Made by a program: the position numbers and the translations under genes | Notes under the pieces: generated by a model | Databases searched by the model: none | What the model saw: only the letters and a program-made list of their open reading frames with translations | What the model was told of the DNA's origin: nothing | NCBI GenBank assembly: GCA_963755915.1 | Contig: CAVWLP010000003.1 | Location: 224,001-288,000 of the forward strand | Origin: an uncultured Phycisphaerales bacterium | Lineage (GTDB): Bacteria; Planctomycetota; Phycisphaerae; Tepidisphaerales; Tepidisphaeraceae | DNA: 64,000 nt | Reading direction: 5' to 3' | Shown here: piece by piece, positions 63,894 through 64,000 of the stretch | How the letters are laid out: every line of letters starts with the position of its first letter | Position numbering within the stretch: position 1 is the stretch's first letter

Positions 63894-64000
63894 TTCCCGG
63901 GGAGGCTTACGTTATTCCGGCAGAAGTTCGAAGGGGATGATTCACGCTAACGCTTCGTGTGTTCGCGACACTCTGATGACTCAATATCATCCACTTCTGG

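Noticed and set aside
1-64000. CRISPR array, cas genes or rRNA
   Set aside because: No regularly spaced repeat-spacer array, Cas motifs or rRNA-like sequence seen; the 23739-23843 repeats have short irregular spacing and lie inside a CDS

Overview
GC-rich bacterial DNA that looks like Planctomycetota, probably Phycisphaerae/Tepidisphaerales. This is inferred from eight PEP-CTERM genes, two DUF1559-type prepilin genes, a TPR/double alpha-CTD protein and a LEPRxLL fragment. About 17 otherwise intact genes are split by single-base frameshifts, most likely long-read indel errors. Left part (1-22.5 kb): TMTC-like glycosyltransferase, tilS, two PEP-CTERM genes, TPR-GT41 and TPR-GT9-like enzymes, SpoIID, a complete IS4 element (17-bp TIRs, 9-bp TSD), DAGK-kdsA and an orphan antitoxin. 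It ends in a nitrogen module: a PP2C/Ser-Thr kinase fusion divergent from a sigma54-like-promoter APC permease and amtB, with no glnK. A tRNA-Met(CAT) is followed by a decayed integrative-element remnant (truncated ParA, Rep-like gene with iterons). Right part (27-64 kb) is a ~37-kb carbohydrate island of three modules: arabinose/alpha-galactoside, fucose, and pectin/galacturonate. The best candidate for an undescribed system is the architecture repeated in the fucose and pectin modules: sugar regulator + DUF1559 pilin-like gene at the operon head + PEP-CTERM-anchored lectins/CAZymes + soluble CAZymes, with no SusC/SusD. Candidate regulator-binding motifs are visible in the sequence. All annotations are by eye; no database searches were run.
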